Assembly: GCA_964016885.1 (NCBI GenBank)
Contig: OZ024745.1
Coordinates: forward strand, 24,924,001-24,988,000
Direction of reading: 5' to 3'
Length of the DNA: 64,000 nt
Source: Eledone cirrhosa
Taxonomy: Eukaryota
Part shown: positions 42,883 through 55,503 of the stretch, in pieces
Layout of the letters: each line of letters opens with the position of its first letter
Numbering within the stretch: position 1 is the first letter of the stretch
Translations under genes and position numbers: made by a program
The notes under the pieces: model-generated
Told to the model about the DNA's origin: nothing
The model's input: the letters and a program-made list of their open reading frames with translations, nothing else
Database searches by the model: none

Positions 42883-43139
42883 CTGGATTAATTGCAATCG
42901 TTGGTCAAACGAAAACTAAGTCTGGGTGCCTAGAAAGGATCATAGGCTGACTAAGATACTCTCATGGACTGTGACCAAATGAGGTTTATTTTTCAACATA
43001 GTCCTCCTTGTACTTTACACCCTTCTTCCATCGTTGTTCCAGTGCTTGGATCCCATTTCTGAAGAAGCTTTCATTCTGTTGGCCAATTTTTAACAAGTAT
43101 CATCAACAATACGAAACAAAAGTGAGAGACATTATTCTA

Positions 43140-43330
43140 AGATCGTCGGACAACATGCTTTATGGCATAGAGTTACGGCCCTTTGCGTTCTGAGTTCAAA
43201 TCCCGCCGAGGTTAGCTTTGCCTTTCATGGTCGATAAAATAAAGTACCAGTAACACACTGGGGTCGATTTAATCGACTTTCACCTCTCCCAAAATTGCTA
43301 GTCTTGTGCCTAAAACAGAAATAATTATTC
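43140..43330 (+). mobile_element. SINE family 1 copy
   Basis: Shares consensus blocks with 52149-52365. Confidence 0.85.
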
Positions 43331-43489
43331 TTGGAGAAGGAAACCTTATGTAAACCCTGTGTCTCAATGGCAGCCAATATCATTGACCAGTTCCTTGGTG
43401 GGGAACCTGTCACTGTCCTACACTGAGTGGGATTGCTTCAGTGCAACGCCTTTCTTCACTTTTAAAAAAATTCAAGCAGAGGCATCACA

Positions 43490-43980
43490 TTGTTGCTGTT
43501 GTTATTGTTGCTGTTGTCGTCATTGTTGTTGTTATTGTCGTTGTTGTTGTTGTTGTTATTGTTATTGTCGTTGTTGTTGTTATTGCTGTTGTTGTCGTCG
43601 TTGCTGTAGTTGTTGTCGTTGTTGTTGTTGTTGCTGTTGTTATTGTCGTTGTTGTTGTTGTTATTGTTATTGTCGTTGTTGTTGTTATTGCTGTTGTTGT
43701 CGTCGTTGCTGTAGTTGTTGTCGTTGTTGTTGCTGTTGTTGTTGTTATTGTCGTTGTTGTTGTTATTGTTGTTGTTGTCGTCATTGTTGTAGTTGTCGTT
43801 GTTGTTGTTGTTGCTGTTGTGATAATTGTATTTTCCACATTGTTGCTGCTGTTTCTCTTCTTCTTCTTCTTCTTGTGGTTACTGTTGTTGCTGTTACTGC
43901 TGCTCTTATTGTTGTTGTGATGATTAGTGGTATATTTATTGTTGATGATGCTGTTGTTGTTACTGTTGTTGTTGTTATAT
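43490..43980. repeat. (GTT)n degenerate microsatellite
   Basis: Read directly; source of the poly-C/V/T ORFs. Confidence 0.95.
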
Positions 43981-44002
43981 TCCCATCATTGCTGCTACAC
44001 TA

Positions 44003-44044
<42 letters not shown>

Positions 44045-44047
44045 ATG

Positions 44048-44100
<53 letters not shown>

Positions 44101-44105
<5 letters not shown>

Positions 44106-44682
44106 GGACTAATTTTATTTATATGTAACCCATGTGCAACCACGCAGCACTCCATTTTTCTCCTATTTATATTTTTTCCTCAGCTGCGATTGTCTGTTTC
44201 TTTCTTACTGCTTCCCCTCTCTCTGTATCTCTCACCTTCTTTTTACCCCCTCTGCCAGTCACACTCTCTCTCGGCTGGTCTCTTCCTCACACTTCCACTC
44301 ACTCACTCTCTACTTCTCCCCTCTCTCACTTCTTCCCGTTTAACCTGTGTGAAATCCTTTTCTCGCTCACATCTCACCCATGTCGGATGGTCTGCATCTC
44401 TCGTCCATGAATTCACCAAGCTTAACCTTACAGATATCATGTACTTGTCTCTTCCTATCTTTCCGTTGCAATACCATCGTTGTTTGTTTACATCTCTCGC
44501 TCGTTTCACCCTATTTTACTTGTCCCAATAACTTTATTTAGTTGTTGCTTGCACCAACTAGAGGCATATGATTTTTAAAGCGATGAAATACCAATGAAAG
44601 TTGGAAGATCACTGATGAAGGACTAATTTTATTCATATGTAACCCATACAACCACACAGCTCTCCATTTTTCTCATATTTAT
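44101..44682 (+). mobile_element. Non-coding unit with ~70-bp terminal direct repeats between (TA)n tracts (pLTR-like)
   Basis: 44101-44172 is a direct repeat of 44615-44682. The second copy begins CTGATGAAGGAC, a hammerhead 5' core without a matching GAAA. Confidence 0.6.
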
Positions 44683-44882
44683 ATATATATATATATGGGA
44701 TAACAAGTTATCGTTATAGGTAATCCAGTTAGAGGTTATGAGTATTCTGCGTCGTGGATAGTTTTAACGTACGGCTTTGTTTGACTCAACAAGATGTTTC
44801 CATAGTTATGCAGCGAGATTGCGGTAATTTTATGCAGGTTATACTTGGAGTAATAATAGTTAAAAAAAGAAGAGTATGTAGA

Positions 44883-44991
44883 TACTCTGATGTGTTGACA
44901 AGTGGTAAACAATGTATTGGAGATCGATTGACGCAACCTCAAGCGATTAGCGAACTCTAGACACACCTGATCAACGAAACAATTGTCAGTA
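44883..44991 (+). ncRNA. Hammerhead ribozyme relic (family C), 82-nt stem II, A9 mutated
   Basis: TACT-CTGATGT-GTTGACAAGTGGT...ACACACCTGATCAAC-GAAAC-AATT-GTC|AGTA. AATAAA and (TA)n follow. Confidence 0.7.
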
Positions 44992-45041
44992 CTTTAAATA
45001 AACCCCTTATTGTACAGCCAACCATGTTACTCTTCTTTCTT

Positions 45042-45089
<48 letters not shown>

Positions 45090-45107
45090 TGTATAATCAT
45101 GACTAGT

Positions 45108-45147
45108 CTGAGCTGAAGATCCGCTAAGCTGAAACAATTGTTCTCGG
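45108..45147 (+). ncRNA. Candidate compact hammerhead (family E) with poor stem II
   Basis: CTGAG-CTGAAGA-TCCGCTAAGCT-GAAAC-AATT-GTT|CTCGG, in a ~95-bp island between two (TA)n tracts. Confidence 0.5.
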
Positions 45148-45195
45148 TATGGTGAACTAACTGTTGTGTTACTACTTCTGTCTATATATATATAT

Positions 45196-45766
45196 CTCGA
45201 AGATTGCGTTTTGTTTTGTTTTGGCCACCGCCGAAATACGATCTCGCTGAAATTATATTTGTATTAATCTCCCGGGCCTAGCAATTAATTAGTTAATTCA
45301 ATTAGACAATTCTATTGATAATTAATTGGTTAAGTTTATTTAAAAGCAACCCGGTAGAGAGCTTACTTCGATTTGTGCAGTTGTTGCTACTTCATTGGAA
45401 CCCGGTAGGCGGCTGAGAACAGCAAACCTGTTGACGAAGTGGCTACCTTGTTCGATAGTTATACCAAAAGCATACAACGAAAGCAGACAGTATACTTGAT
45501 TTAAATGTCACAGAAACCTCCCATTGAATTTTACCAACACATTGCGGGAAGGTCCAGGTAATAATTTGTTAACCTGTTTAGCTTGATTCGTTTTTTAGGC
45601 TACGGTGGCTGCTGACATCACAACCACCGTTTTCATTTTATCTGGCCTTTATAACACATGTTAATTGCTCTGGTTACTTCTTAGTCCATTGAGCGCTTGC
45701 CGGCTTATCTCGAAGATTGCGTTTCGTTTTGTTTTGGCCACCCACCGCCGAAATACGATCTCCCTG

Positions 45767-45775
<9 letters not shown>
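45196..45775. mobile_element. Unclassified unit with ~65-bp terminal direct repeats, flanked by (TA)n
   Basis: TCTCGAAGATTGCGTTT...CCGCCGAAATACGATCTC.CTGAAATTATAT occurs at ~45196 and ~45708. Confidence 0.6.
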
Positions 45776-45827
<52 letters not shown>

Positions 45828-45859
45828 ATACTTGGGGAGGGTCATATTGTTGTAATAAT

Positions 45860-46036
45860 TGTTTCTACTTTTGGCACAAGGCCAGCAAATACCCAGTACA
45901 TTACTGGTACTTTATTTTATCGACCCCGTAAGGATGAAAGACAAAGTTAACCTTGGCGGGATTTGAACTGAGACCATAAAGGGCCGTGACTCTTTTCTGC
46001 AAAGCAGACTCTCTACTGATACTGCCAATCCACCGC
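45860..46036 (-). mobile_element. SINE family 1 copy with 12-bp TSD
   Basis: TGTTGTAATAAT at 45848-45859 and 46037-46048. Confidence 0.92.
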
Positions 46037-46116
46037 TGTTGTAATAATATTGCCAGAAATAATAACAGAACACACTCACTGTTTCGACAAACGGTTTCAT
46101 ATCAAAAACCTCGCAA

Positions 46117-46215
<99 letters not shown>

Positions 46216-46239
46216 CTAAATATCCCTTTGCTTATATGT

Positions 46240-47161
46240 ATCATAATCTATAAAGCTCAGTGTGTGGTCATGCTCCTTTCTTATAGAAATCTACGATATA
46301 GAATTTCTTCAATTGAAATTTACAATTCAGTATTCGAAATAGCATCGATTGCGTCTTGGCACATCTAATTTTTTCAATTTCACCCACAATTACGCAAAAA
46401 ATAGATAAAACTCAATATTTTACGATTTTTCTCTGTCATTTAAACTGCTAAACTCTTTCCACTACCATTCAAAATCTATACAACTTCATACTTTCTGCTA
46501 CTTTCTCTTTCCAAGCTTGATGGTGATACTGTCCGCTTTACTCTCTCATATCATGTGCTATCCTCTATCTACAACCCACACATTTTGCTACTTTCTCCCT
46601 ACTGTCTTAAATTTAGAAAACATATCTTCTATGAGGTCACTAAACCTGCTAGAAACAGCAGCTAACTCTCCCTCATATCACACCACTCCCTACTGTCTTA
46701 AATTTAGAAAACACATATCCTCTATGAGGTCACTAAACCTGCTAGAAATAACAGCTAACTCTCCCTCGTATCACACCCCTCCCTACTGTCTTAAATTTAG
46801 AAAACATATCTTCTATGAGGTCACTAAACCTGCTAGAAACAGCAGTTAACTCTCCCCCATATCACACCACTCCCTACTGTCTTAAATTTAGAAAACACAT
46901 ATCCTATATGAGGTCACTAAACCTGCTAGAAACAACAGTGATTGCGCAAGTACTGTGAAACAATAAATTTCAACACTTTTTTGCACAGAGATAATATCCA
47001 TAGGCGAAACTACAATTGTTACTGCTGGCGCAGCTCCTGCTTCCAGGTCTGCAATTCATTCACCCAGTGCCTGGCAGACAAAAAAGTGGTGCCATAAAAT
47101 GGGTGGTGCAACCTAACTTTGGTAACTTAATGACCCCGAGCAACGCCGGGCTTTAATGCTA

Positions 47162-47162
<1 letters not shown>
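46240..47162 (+). mobile_element. Non-autonomous Helitron with internal 91/93-bp tandem repeat (46595-46938)
   Basis: 5' TC.., 3' hairpin CCCGAGCAACGCCGGG, then CTAG|T. Confidence 0.75.
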
Positions 47163-47235
<73 letters not shown>

Positions 47236-47250
47236 CTAAATATCCCTTTG

Positions 47251-47290
<40 letters not shown>

Positions 47291-47537
47291 CACAAACACA
47301 CACACACATACATACATATATACCCACAAACACAGACACATATATATATATATATATATATATACCCACAAACACACACACATACATATATATATATGCA
47401 TACATGCATACACGCATATAAACATATATACGCATATACATGCATACACGCATATACACATATATAAACAGATATACACACACTGATTGTTCAGTGAAAA
47501 CGTTGTGAGTTCATTATCGATAAGTTCAATGGGGAAA

Positions 47538-48280
47538 AGGTGGTGTTAGTGGTGGCGGTGGTGCGGTGGTTGGTGGTGGTGGTGGTGGTGGTGTTGGCGG
47601 TTGGTGGTGGTGGTGGTGGTGGCGGTGGTTGGTGGTGGTGGTGGTGGTGGTGTTGGTGGTTGGTGGTGGTGGTGATGGTGGTGGTGGTGTTGACGGTTGG
47701 TGGTGGTGGTTGGTGTTGGTGGTGGTGGTAGTGGTGATGGCGTTGGGTGGTGGTGGTATTGGTGGTGGTGGTGGTGGTGGTAGTGGTAGTGGTGATGGTG
47801 GTGGGTGGTGGTGGTGGTGGTTGGTGGTTGGTGGTGGTAGTGGTGGTGGTGATGGTGGTGGTGGTGGTGGTGGTGGTCGGTGGCGGTGGTGGTGGTGGTT
47901 GGTGGTGATAGTGGTGGTGGTGGTGGTGAATGTGGTGGTGGTGGTGGTGGTGGTGAATGTGGTGGTGGCGGTGATGGTGGTGGTGGTGGTGGTGGTGGTG
48001 CTAATGGTGGCGGTGGCGTTTGTAGTGGTAGTGGTGGTGGTGGTCATGCGGTGGTGGTGGTGGTGGTGGTGGTGGTGGTGGTGGTGGTGCTAATGGTGGC
48101 GGTGGCGTTTGTAGTGGTAGTGGTGGTGGTGGTCATGCGGTGGTGGTGGTGGTGGTGGTGGTGGTGCTAATGGTGGCGGTGGCGTTTGTAGTGGTAGTGG
48201 TGGTGGTGGTCATACGGTGGTGGTGGTGGTGGTGGTGGTGGTGGTGGTGGTGGTGGTGATGATGACGACGACAACGACGG
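47538..48280. repeat. (GGT)n microsatellite with higher-order blocks
   Basis: Read directly. Confidence 0.95.
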
Positions 48281-48828
48281 TTAGGTGATTGGGTTTTGCA
48301 TGAGGTGATGGCGATGGTGACCATAACAATGACGACCACGTTGAAATGATGAAAATAACGATGATATAAATTAGGACGGTGGTTGGTGATGGGAAATAAT
48401 AGCAACGTCTGAAATGATGATGATGTTGATGATGATGTTGGTTGTGATGAAATTGCTGTTGATTATGATGATGTGATGGTGACGATGTTAGTGACGACGA
48501 TGTGTGGTTATCAACGATAACAGCTTCCGACAATGAAAATTTCTGTGATGCAGCCTAGCATACGAGTACATCTACATAGACTCTCTCTCACACACACACA
48601 CATACACACATACACACACACGCACACACACACAAACAAACACACACGCACACAAGCACAAACACAACACACACACGCGCACGCACACACACGCGCACGC
48701 ACACACACATGCACACACACACACATACAGACGCACACACTCGTGCGCCCTCACAGATATATTCACACATATTCACATGTATATATACATATATATGTAT
48801 GTATGTGTGCATGTGTACAATATATATA

Positions 48829-48885
<57 letters not shown>

Positions 48886-49559
48886 GGGGTGTAGTACGCA
48901 TACGCGCATACGCACATACGGACACACATAGTGTGTGTGTGTGTTCATAAATGTGTATGTACACATAAATGCGTAATTTCACACATTCATACACACAGGC
49001 ACATATATACAGAATCATTATCACTGCTTTACACACACTCCCATAATCTACAAAAAAGAATTTCGTGACGGCATTTGAAAACGGTTGGTGCTGTGTTCGA
49101 TCGAATCAATTAAACTGCATGATGGGATATCAATGGTCGTCTGGTCATTGACAGATCACGATTCACGGAGAATCATCAAATACGAATAAACCAACCAACC
49201 AACTAACCAACCAACCAGCCCACACTCAAAGAAACAACTTATTGTGCAATGAAATAATCTGAAGATAACCTTATATGGAAATATCTCCTGGACAAGTAAG
49301 ATTAAGGATTGTCCAAACAAACTGGAGACGGATTGACCAATCAAATGTAGATCCCATTTTGAAGAAGTGGTAAATTATCCGATCATAGATAGCTTATCAC
49401 TTGATAGCAAGAATGATTATTGAATTGGAGTGATAACGCACCAAGTATAAACAAACTATCACGCCACGTCGTAAAGGATTGGCTAACTTGAAATAGGATA
49501 TCACTCGATAATTCAACGGGTGAATCAAATTAAGTGCTAGCACTGATTCCACATTTGTA

Positions 49560-50560
49560 TTTAAATCTTGATTGCCATTCCTTCCAATTGCTCTTTTCCG
49601 TGTTAGGTGGTCAGTGCCAACATGTACATTGAAGTCTCCCATTAGACTCAGTCTTAACCACATCTAACTCTGAAGTGTCTTCATCAAGGAAGGATCTGTA
49701 TTTCTATTCTTTGTTTGGTGCAACAATTGTATCACCCACAGAGACCTATCTTTCAGCCTAAACACATTTTCCCTCCTAATGAGATCCAGTCCAAAACACA
49801 TTCTGACAGCCGGGAGCTTGTGAGTATCCCACTCCCGCTTGTACAGTCATTTCTGCTGCCACGTCTGAATAGTGGAGTTTCCATCCTCCATCCAAATCTA
49901 CAGTATCAAAGCCGCGGAATTGTTGTTGAGGAAACCCCGACTATATGTATCCGGTAGCCTCTAGCCACCTCTACTAGTTCCTGCTCCTAACCTGTAAAGG
50001 TTGTGATGTTCCAGGTTACAATTGTCAATGTTTGCTCCCTTCCGAGCCCTCTTTGGGGGTTTAGAATATGCAATCTTTGTACGTTCATCCTATGTTACCC
50101 AGAACAGGTCGCAGGCCCATCGCAAGTTTTTACACCATGGAATGGACACTGCAATATATTTTTCGAATCGGCTCCTCTACACGAGTCCTGAACGCGTCCC
50201 TTGTTAACCTACGCGGTGCGTTTCCTTTTGTTACCTCTCACCATATTACAGTTTTGTTGGTCTTATTCGTGCCAATCAGCAACTTGGTACTTTCTTAAAC
50301 CTGCGAAACTAGGCTTTTTTAGAGGCAGCTATTACTTGCCTTATGATAGCTACGTCACTGGGTTGTGAGAGTTTTCTTGGGAGCCACAGATGTCACCCAT
50401 TGCTCCATTTCCACTAGTAGTTTGCCCCTATTGGTCCGGGGTTGCTTATTCATCCGGCAGGTGCCCGCTTATGTTGTAACTAACCATCATATCTGGTGGT
50501 TGTATCGCTATTCGCCACTTGCAAACCGATCTAAATACGAATGGGAGCTTTATTAGACGT
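49560..50560 (-). pseudogene. RTE-clade LINE 5' part: 5' UTR + AP endonuclease, degraded
   Basis: Minus strand IVTWNITTFTG*EQELVEVARGYRIHIVGVSST..DGGWKLHYS..AGV..GDFNVHVG. Confidence 0.85.
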
Positions 50561-50589
50561 CTGTTCAAGCACAGAGACATCCATAAATA

Positions 50590-51905
50590 TGTATGGTGTG
50601 TGGGGAATTAGGGACAGCGATCAATAATTGATTTTGTTATTGTCTCTGATCTCTTCGATCCTGTGCTGGATGTTCGTGTTAAGAGAGGGGCTGTTATCTG
50701 CAACCTGAGACTGCGTAAAGCCAAAGAAACCTGGCAGGTACAGGTCCATATACAGAATAACGTGGAAAGCGTTGGTGGGTAAAGAAGTCAGACCAGGTAT
50801 GCAGATACTATTGCATCCAAATTCAGAGAATTCCCTGGGCAAACCGAGGACATGGATACGGAGTGAAGATCGTTCAGCAAAGCAATTTCTGCTTCAGCTG
50901 TTAAATGCTGCGGGTTTGAAAGATTGTTCCAATTATAGAGCGATATCATTGTTAAGCCTCCCCGGTAAAACCTATGCTAAGTGTCTGGCAAGGAGATTGT
51001 CGCTTCCAAGCTAGCTGATAAATAGTGTGGCTTTTTCCCGGAAGCAGCACAGAAGACCAAATAATGAGAGTACTGCCAAGAGGTGTATTTTTGCTTTGTA
51101 GACCTCGAAAAGGTATATGACGGCGTTGGACGGAACCTGCTGTGGAAGGTTCTGTAGAAGTATGGGATCGATGGTCAGCTTCTTGTTACCCTGATTTCTC
51201 TATACGAATGCTCGAGTATTTGTGTTCGGATAAATGGGGCTAAATCGAAAGCATCCAATGTGGGAATTGGACTCCGCCCAGGGTGCGAACTGTTACCTCT
51301 CCTGTTCATTATTTACATCAACAGGATTGACATGCGCAACCGGATTAAAAGTGGTATCGTGACTGACAGGTGTAGGATCAGTCGATTGGAATTTGCAGAC
51401 AACGTGGTATTACTTAACTCCTCAGAAAGGGATCTCCAACTTGCACTTGATAGGTTTGATGCAGAGTGTTGCACGGCTCGAATGAAACACAAAACTTTCA
51501 CATATAGGAATACGAATATCTTCTTTTTCGCTCATTTATTCCTGAGAGGGTCGTGGGGGCTGACTACGCAAACAGTCCTTCCAGCGGGTCCTGTCAGAAG
51601 CAACCGTCTCTAACTGATTTTGCTGGATCGCCAAACGACACCAGCTAAGCTCATGAATGTTATACAACCATCTTGCTCAAAAGAATACGATCGCGAATAT
51701 AATCGGCTGAAATGGGATTCCTCCGAAGGGTCTTTGGAGTAATGTTACTCGATAGAGTGCGTAGCTCAAAGATCAGAGAGTTACTTCAGGTGGAGCCGCT
51801 ACTTCTCCGAATTGAGATATCACAGCTCCGATACTATGGACATGTGGTTAGAATGTCTCAGGAAAGAATTGCTGGACAGATTTTATGGGAAAATCCAACT
51901 GGCAG
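50590..51905 (+). pseudogene. RTE-clade (Rex3/Expander-like) LINE RT and C-terminus, degraded
   Basis: DCSNYRAISLLSLPGKTYAK, FVDLEKVYD, GLRPGC.L.PLLFIIY, LEFADNVVLL, AEMGFLRRV.G...DRVRSS.IRE..QLRYYGHVVRM. Confidence 0.92.
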
Positions 51906-52111
51906 GAATCCGAATATATATTTTTTTTAAAGGAGGGGGGGGGGGGGGGGGGGCTCGATATGATTTATGAATTTAATAAATTATTCTTTTACTAGTAGTT
52001 TAGTAATTAGTATGTCATCTTATTAGTAAGTCTTCTGCAGTCTCTATCAAAGTTTGATTTGATGTAAATTATATTTTCTAACGTCTAAAAAGTATTTCGT
52101 TTTTATTTTGA

Positions 52112-52147
<36 letters not shown>

Positions 52148-52148
52148 G

Positions 52149-52365
52149 GGCGGTGGATTGGCAGAATCGGTAGAGTATCGGAAAACATGCTTTGTGGTAT
52201 TGGGGTTACGGCACTTTACATTCTGTGTTCAAATCCCACCGAGGTTAGCTTTGCCTTTCATCCTTACGGGGCCAATAAAATAAAGCACGAGTAACGCACT
52301 GGGGTCGATTTAATCGACGTTCCCCTCCCCACAAATTACCTTGTGTCTATACTAGAAATAATTAC
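52149..52365 (+). mobile_element. SINE family 1, full-length copy. Others at 52630-52803 (+), 56575-56710 (+), 25080-25235 (-) and 57520-57580 (-)
   Basis: GGCGGTGGATTGGCAGAATCGGTAGAG (A box), GTTCAAATCCC (B box) and a conserved body seen at least 10 times in the window. Confidence 0.88.
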
Positions 52366-54789
52366 ATTTAAAAAAATATCATTACACACGGCTGTGTGTA
52401 TCCATGAGTGCGTGTGTGTATGTGTGCACGCGCGTATATGTGTGTGTGTAAAAGGTAACTCTATAGAAAAATTGGGGAGAGTTGCTTCCCTTGAATAAAG
52501 AGTAAATTAAGATTTACCTCCCATGAATGAAATGTATTTTGTTTTGTTTTTAATTTATATTTTTGTTTATTTTTCCCGTAGACTTAATTATCTTATAAAT
52601 AAAAGCTTCATCACTGTTAACATTATTAACGATTGGCATTATCGGTAGAGGGTCGGACGCCATGCTTTGACGTATAGAGTTACGGCCCTTGCCATTCTGA
52701 GTTCAAATCCCGTCGAGGTTAACTTTACGGGGTCGATAAAATAAAGTACCAGTAATACACTGGATAATTGCTGGCCTTGTGCCAAACGTAGAAACAATTA
52801 TTAACGTTCTCGTCGTCCTCCACCTCTTTATCATCATCATCATAATCCTACTGAGTGCACTGGGTGCATTTTATTGTGGAACCAGCACCACCACTTTACA
52901 GAGTTACCTAGCAACAAAATGAACCTCTACCGGTTTTAACAATGATGATTCCACTTGTTCGAACATGATGTTAACGTGGAAGTGACTGAGCATTCCACAG
53001 ACACGTGTATCCTAACGTGATTCTCGGCGAGATTTAGCTTGACAGCGTGTGACAAGGCTGACCTTTTGAATTACAAGTAAAATCCATCCGACGAGCTTCC
53101 AAACAATATCAATCTACCCAATTTCCTCACAAGGCATGGCTGGAACCGAGGTAATGGTAAATGAAACTTGACCAAGGTGCCACGTATTGGAATCGAACCC
53201 AGGGCCTAATCATTGCGAAGAGAACTCCTTAACCATTTGATCATACTGCTAGTAACTTTATTATTCTGTACAGGGTGCATCAAAAAGAATCATCCGATTT
53301 CAAAAGGCCACAATTTTGTTTTAACAAATCGACATATATATATGTATAATAAAAAGCCACATTTCATTTATTTTATTTTTTTTTTTTTTTATTTATTTCT
53401 CCCCTTCCTCGATTTTCTAGCCAATAAATTTTACTTGGAAAAATTTGATAAGAGTAACGTCCCTTAAGAAGCAAACAAAAGTTTTCCTTGAGTCGTTTCC
53501 CTTTGCTTACTTTGTTGTAAAGCCGCATAGTTCAGTGGTTAAAGTATTGGGCTTACAGTCGAGCAGTGTGTTGTGTCCTTGAACAAGACACTTTATGTCA
53601 CGTTGCTCCAGTACACACAGCTGTAGAAATGAGTTGCGACGTTACTGGTGCCAAGATGTATCGACCATTGCCTTTCCCTTGGACAACATCAGTGGTGTGG
53701 AGAGGGGAGATTTGTATACATGGGTATACAAGGACTTGTGCCTCGGAAAGGAACTTTCAGTCGTAGTGATATTACTACCCTACTGACAGCAACAACGAAA
53801 GCAACAGCTACAGTAAACAGTTACAACAACAACAGCAACAACGACAACAACAGCAAAAACACAGACCAGCGTCGTGTACATAGGCCGTAGCAGTCGTAGT
53901 GACGTTATCACCCCGCCGACAATAACAACGATAACATCAAAGCAATAAAAGGAGTTCTGATGTAGGTGGATACACAGAATTGGTGGCATCAATCACCATG
54001 ACTATATATATAGCAACAACAACAATAGTAACAGCAACAAACATTAACACCGCCCATCACCTAGCCCGCTCGTCGTAGTAGTGGTGGTATCATTGATATT
54101 AGTATCAAGTCAATGGCAGTGAGCACCCATTACCCGGCAGCCAGACAGTGGTAACACCAACAACACCAGTGATGAGCCCATCACGGCGATGGCGGCAACA
54201 AGAAAAGGCCTCGCTTTTATTCAAAGGCACAAGGCCAGCAGTAAATACATTGCAGAGAAAAACAAACTAACCGCAATAGTAGTCCGTTGAAACAAGGAAG
54301 CGAAAAATGGGACAGAAATATAGATGGATATTTATATATATAAATAAATACATGGACAGTTAATACAGTCCTCTCTATCATTCTAAGGCACAAGGCTAGC
54401 AATAATTAGAGTGCAGAAAAACAACTAACCACAATAGCATTCAGTTGTAACTACAGTGGCATCAATACTATTAAAAGGGCTGTTAGACTATGGAAGAGAG
54501 TTACGGGAAGCGAAAGTAGGGACAGGAACAAGCAGATAAGAATTCGAGAACACATATAGGGAACATAATAATAAAAGAACGGGACAGAAATACATAAAAA
54601 ACAACAGTAGGTATACAAATAGAGAATAAGGAACAAGGGACATGAAACATGGACACACAGAGACTGCAGGTGTGCAAACAAGTTATCCATGGTTCACCTG
54701 ACACTGGGGTTGTTGTGTGGCCACGCCCGGCTCCCACGGTCAAGTTTGCAACAGTCCTCACCTAGTACAACAATGTTGTTAGTCTGTGC

Positions 54790-55265
54790 AGTTTGAGGAA
54801 GGTTCCAGATGATCTGTGGAGGTTACTTCTTTTATTGATAACTCGAGCTCCCCTCTCGATTATTTCCATAATCTCAGTGACACACAAATCGCATGAGTCA
54901 TGTCCACACCCTCTGTAGGGTTGGGATGAGGCTACCTTGGACAACGACAAGGTGTATTCTAAGTTATCATGTTTGAGACGCCACACCAGTTCTGAGAGGG
55001 CGGTGCTGTATTTGTTATCAACTCTCCTAAAGGTGTGGCAGTGATTGTGCCAGCGTTTCTTAAATTTATTAGCCGTCGCTTCGATATAGGTGAAGGTTTG
55101 GTTGTTGGCACCCTACATTCATATACTAAGCTACTGCTCAGGCACTTGCCTTCCAGGGGGCAGTTACTGGGGTTTCTACAGTTACAGCTAGGAGGGGTGT
55201 CGCCGCCCGGATCTCCGGATCGCATTGTATGATTCCCCGGTCGTTCACGGTTTAAGATGTTACCA
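54790..55265 (-). pseudogene. GIY-YIG endonuclease fragment of a second PLE lineage (Naiad-like Cys linker)
   Basis: CNCRNPSNCPLEGKCLSSSLVYECRV, frameshift, then TYIEATANKFKKRWHNH..TF....STALSELVWRLK..PY..CDLCVTE..I..INKR. Confidence 0.85.
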
Positions 55266-55452
55266 ACAGAGGAAGAGTCATCGATTGCATGGAGAACTGT
55301 GGAAATAATTATAATAATTAAACGATATATGTAACCTCAGCATCTTATTTTGTTATTTTTATAAAATTCTCCATCGTAACTAAAAACTACGATCGATGAG
55401 AGCTTTCTCCTGCTTACTCCTGTTTTTATCAAAACAATCTTTTCTGAACACA

Positions 55453-55499
<47 letters not shown>

Positions 55500-55503
<4 letters not shown>

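Noticed and set aside
43359-44003. Cys-rich 214-aa ORF (metallothionein/keratin-like)
   Set aside because: It is a translation of a (GTT)n microsatellite, and all frames give homopolymers.
52149-52240. tRNA genes
   Set aside because: The A/B boxes belong to multi-copy SINE heads, and no cloverleaf forms.
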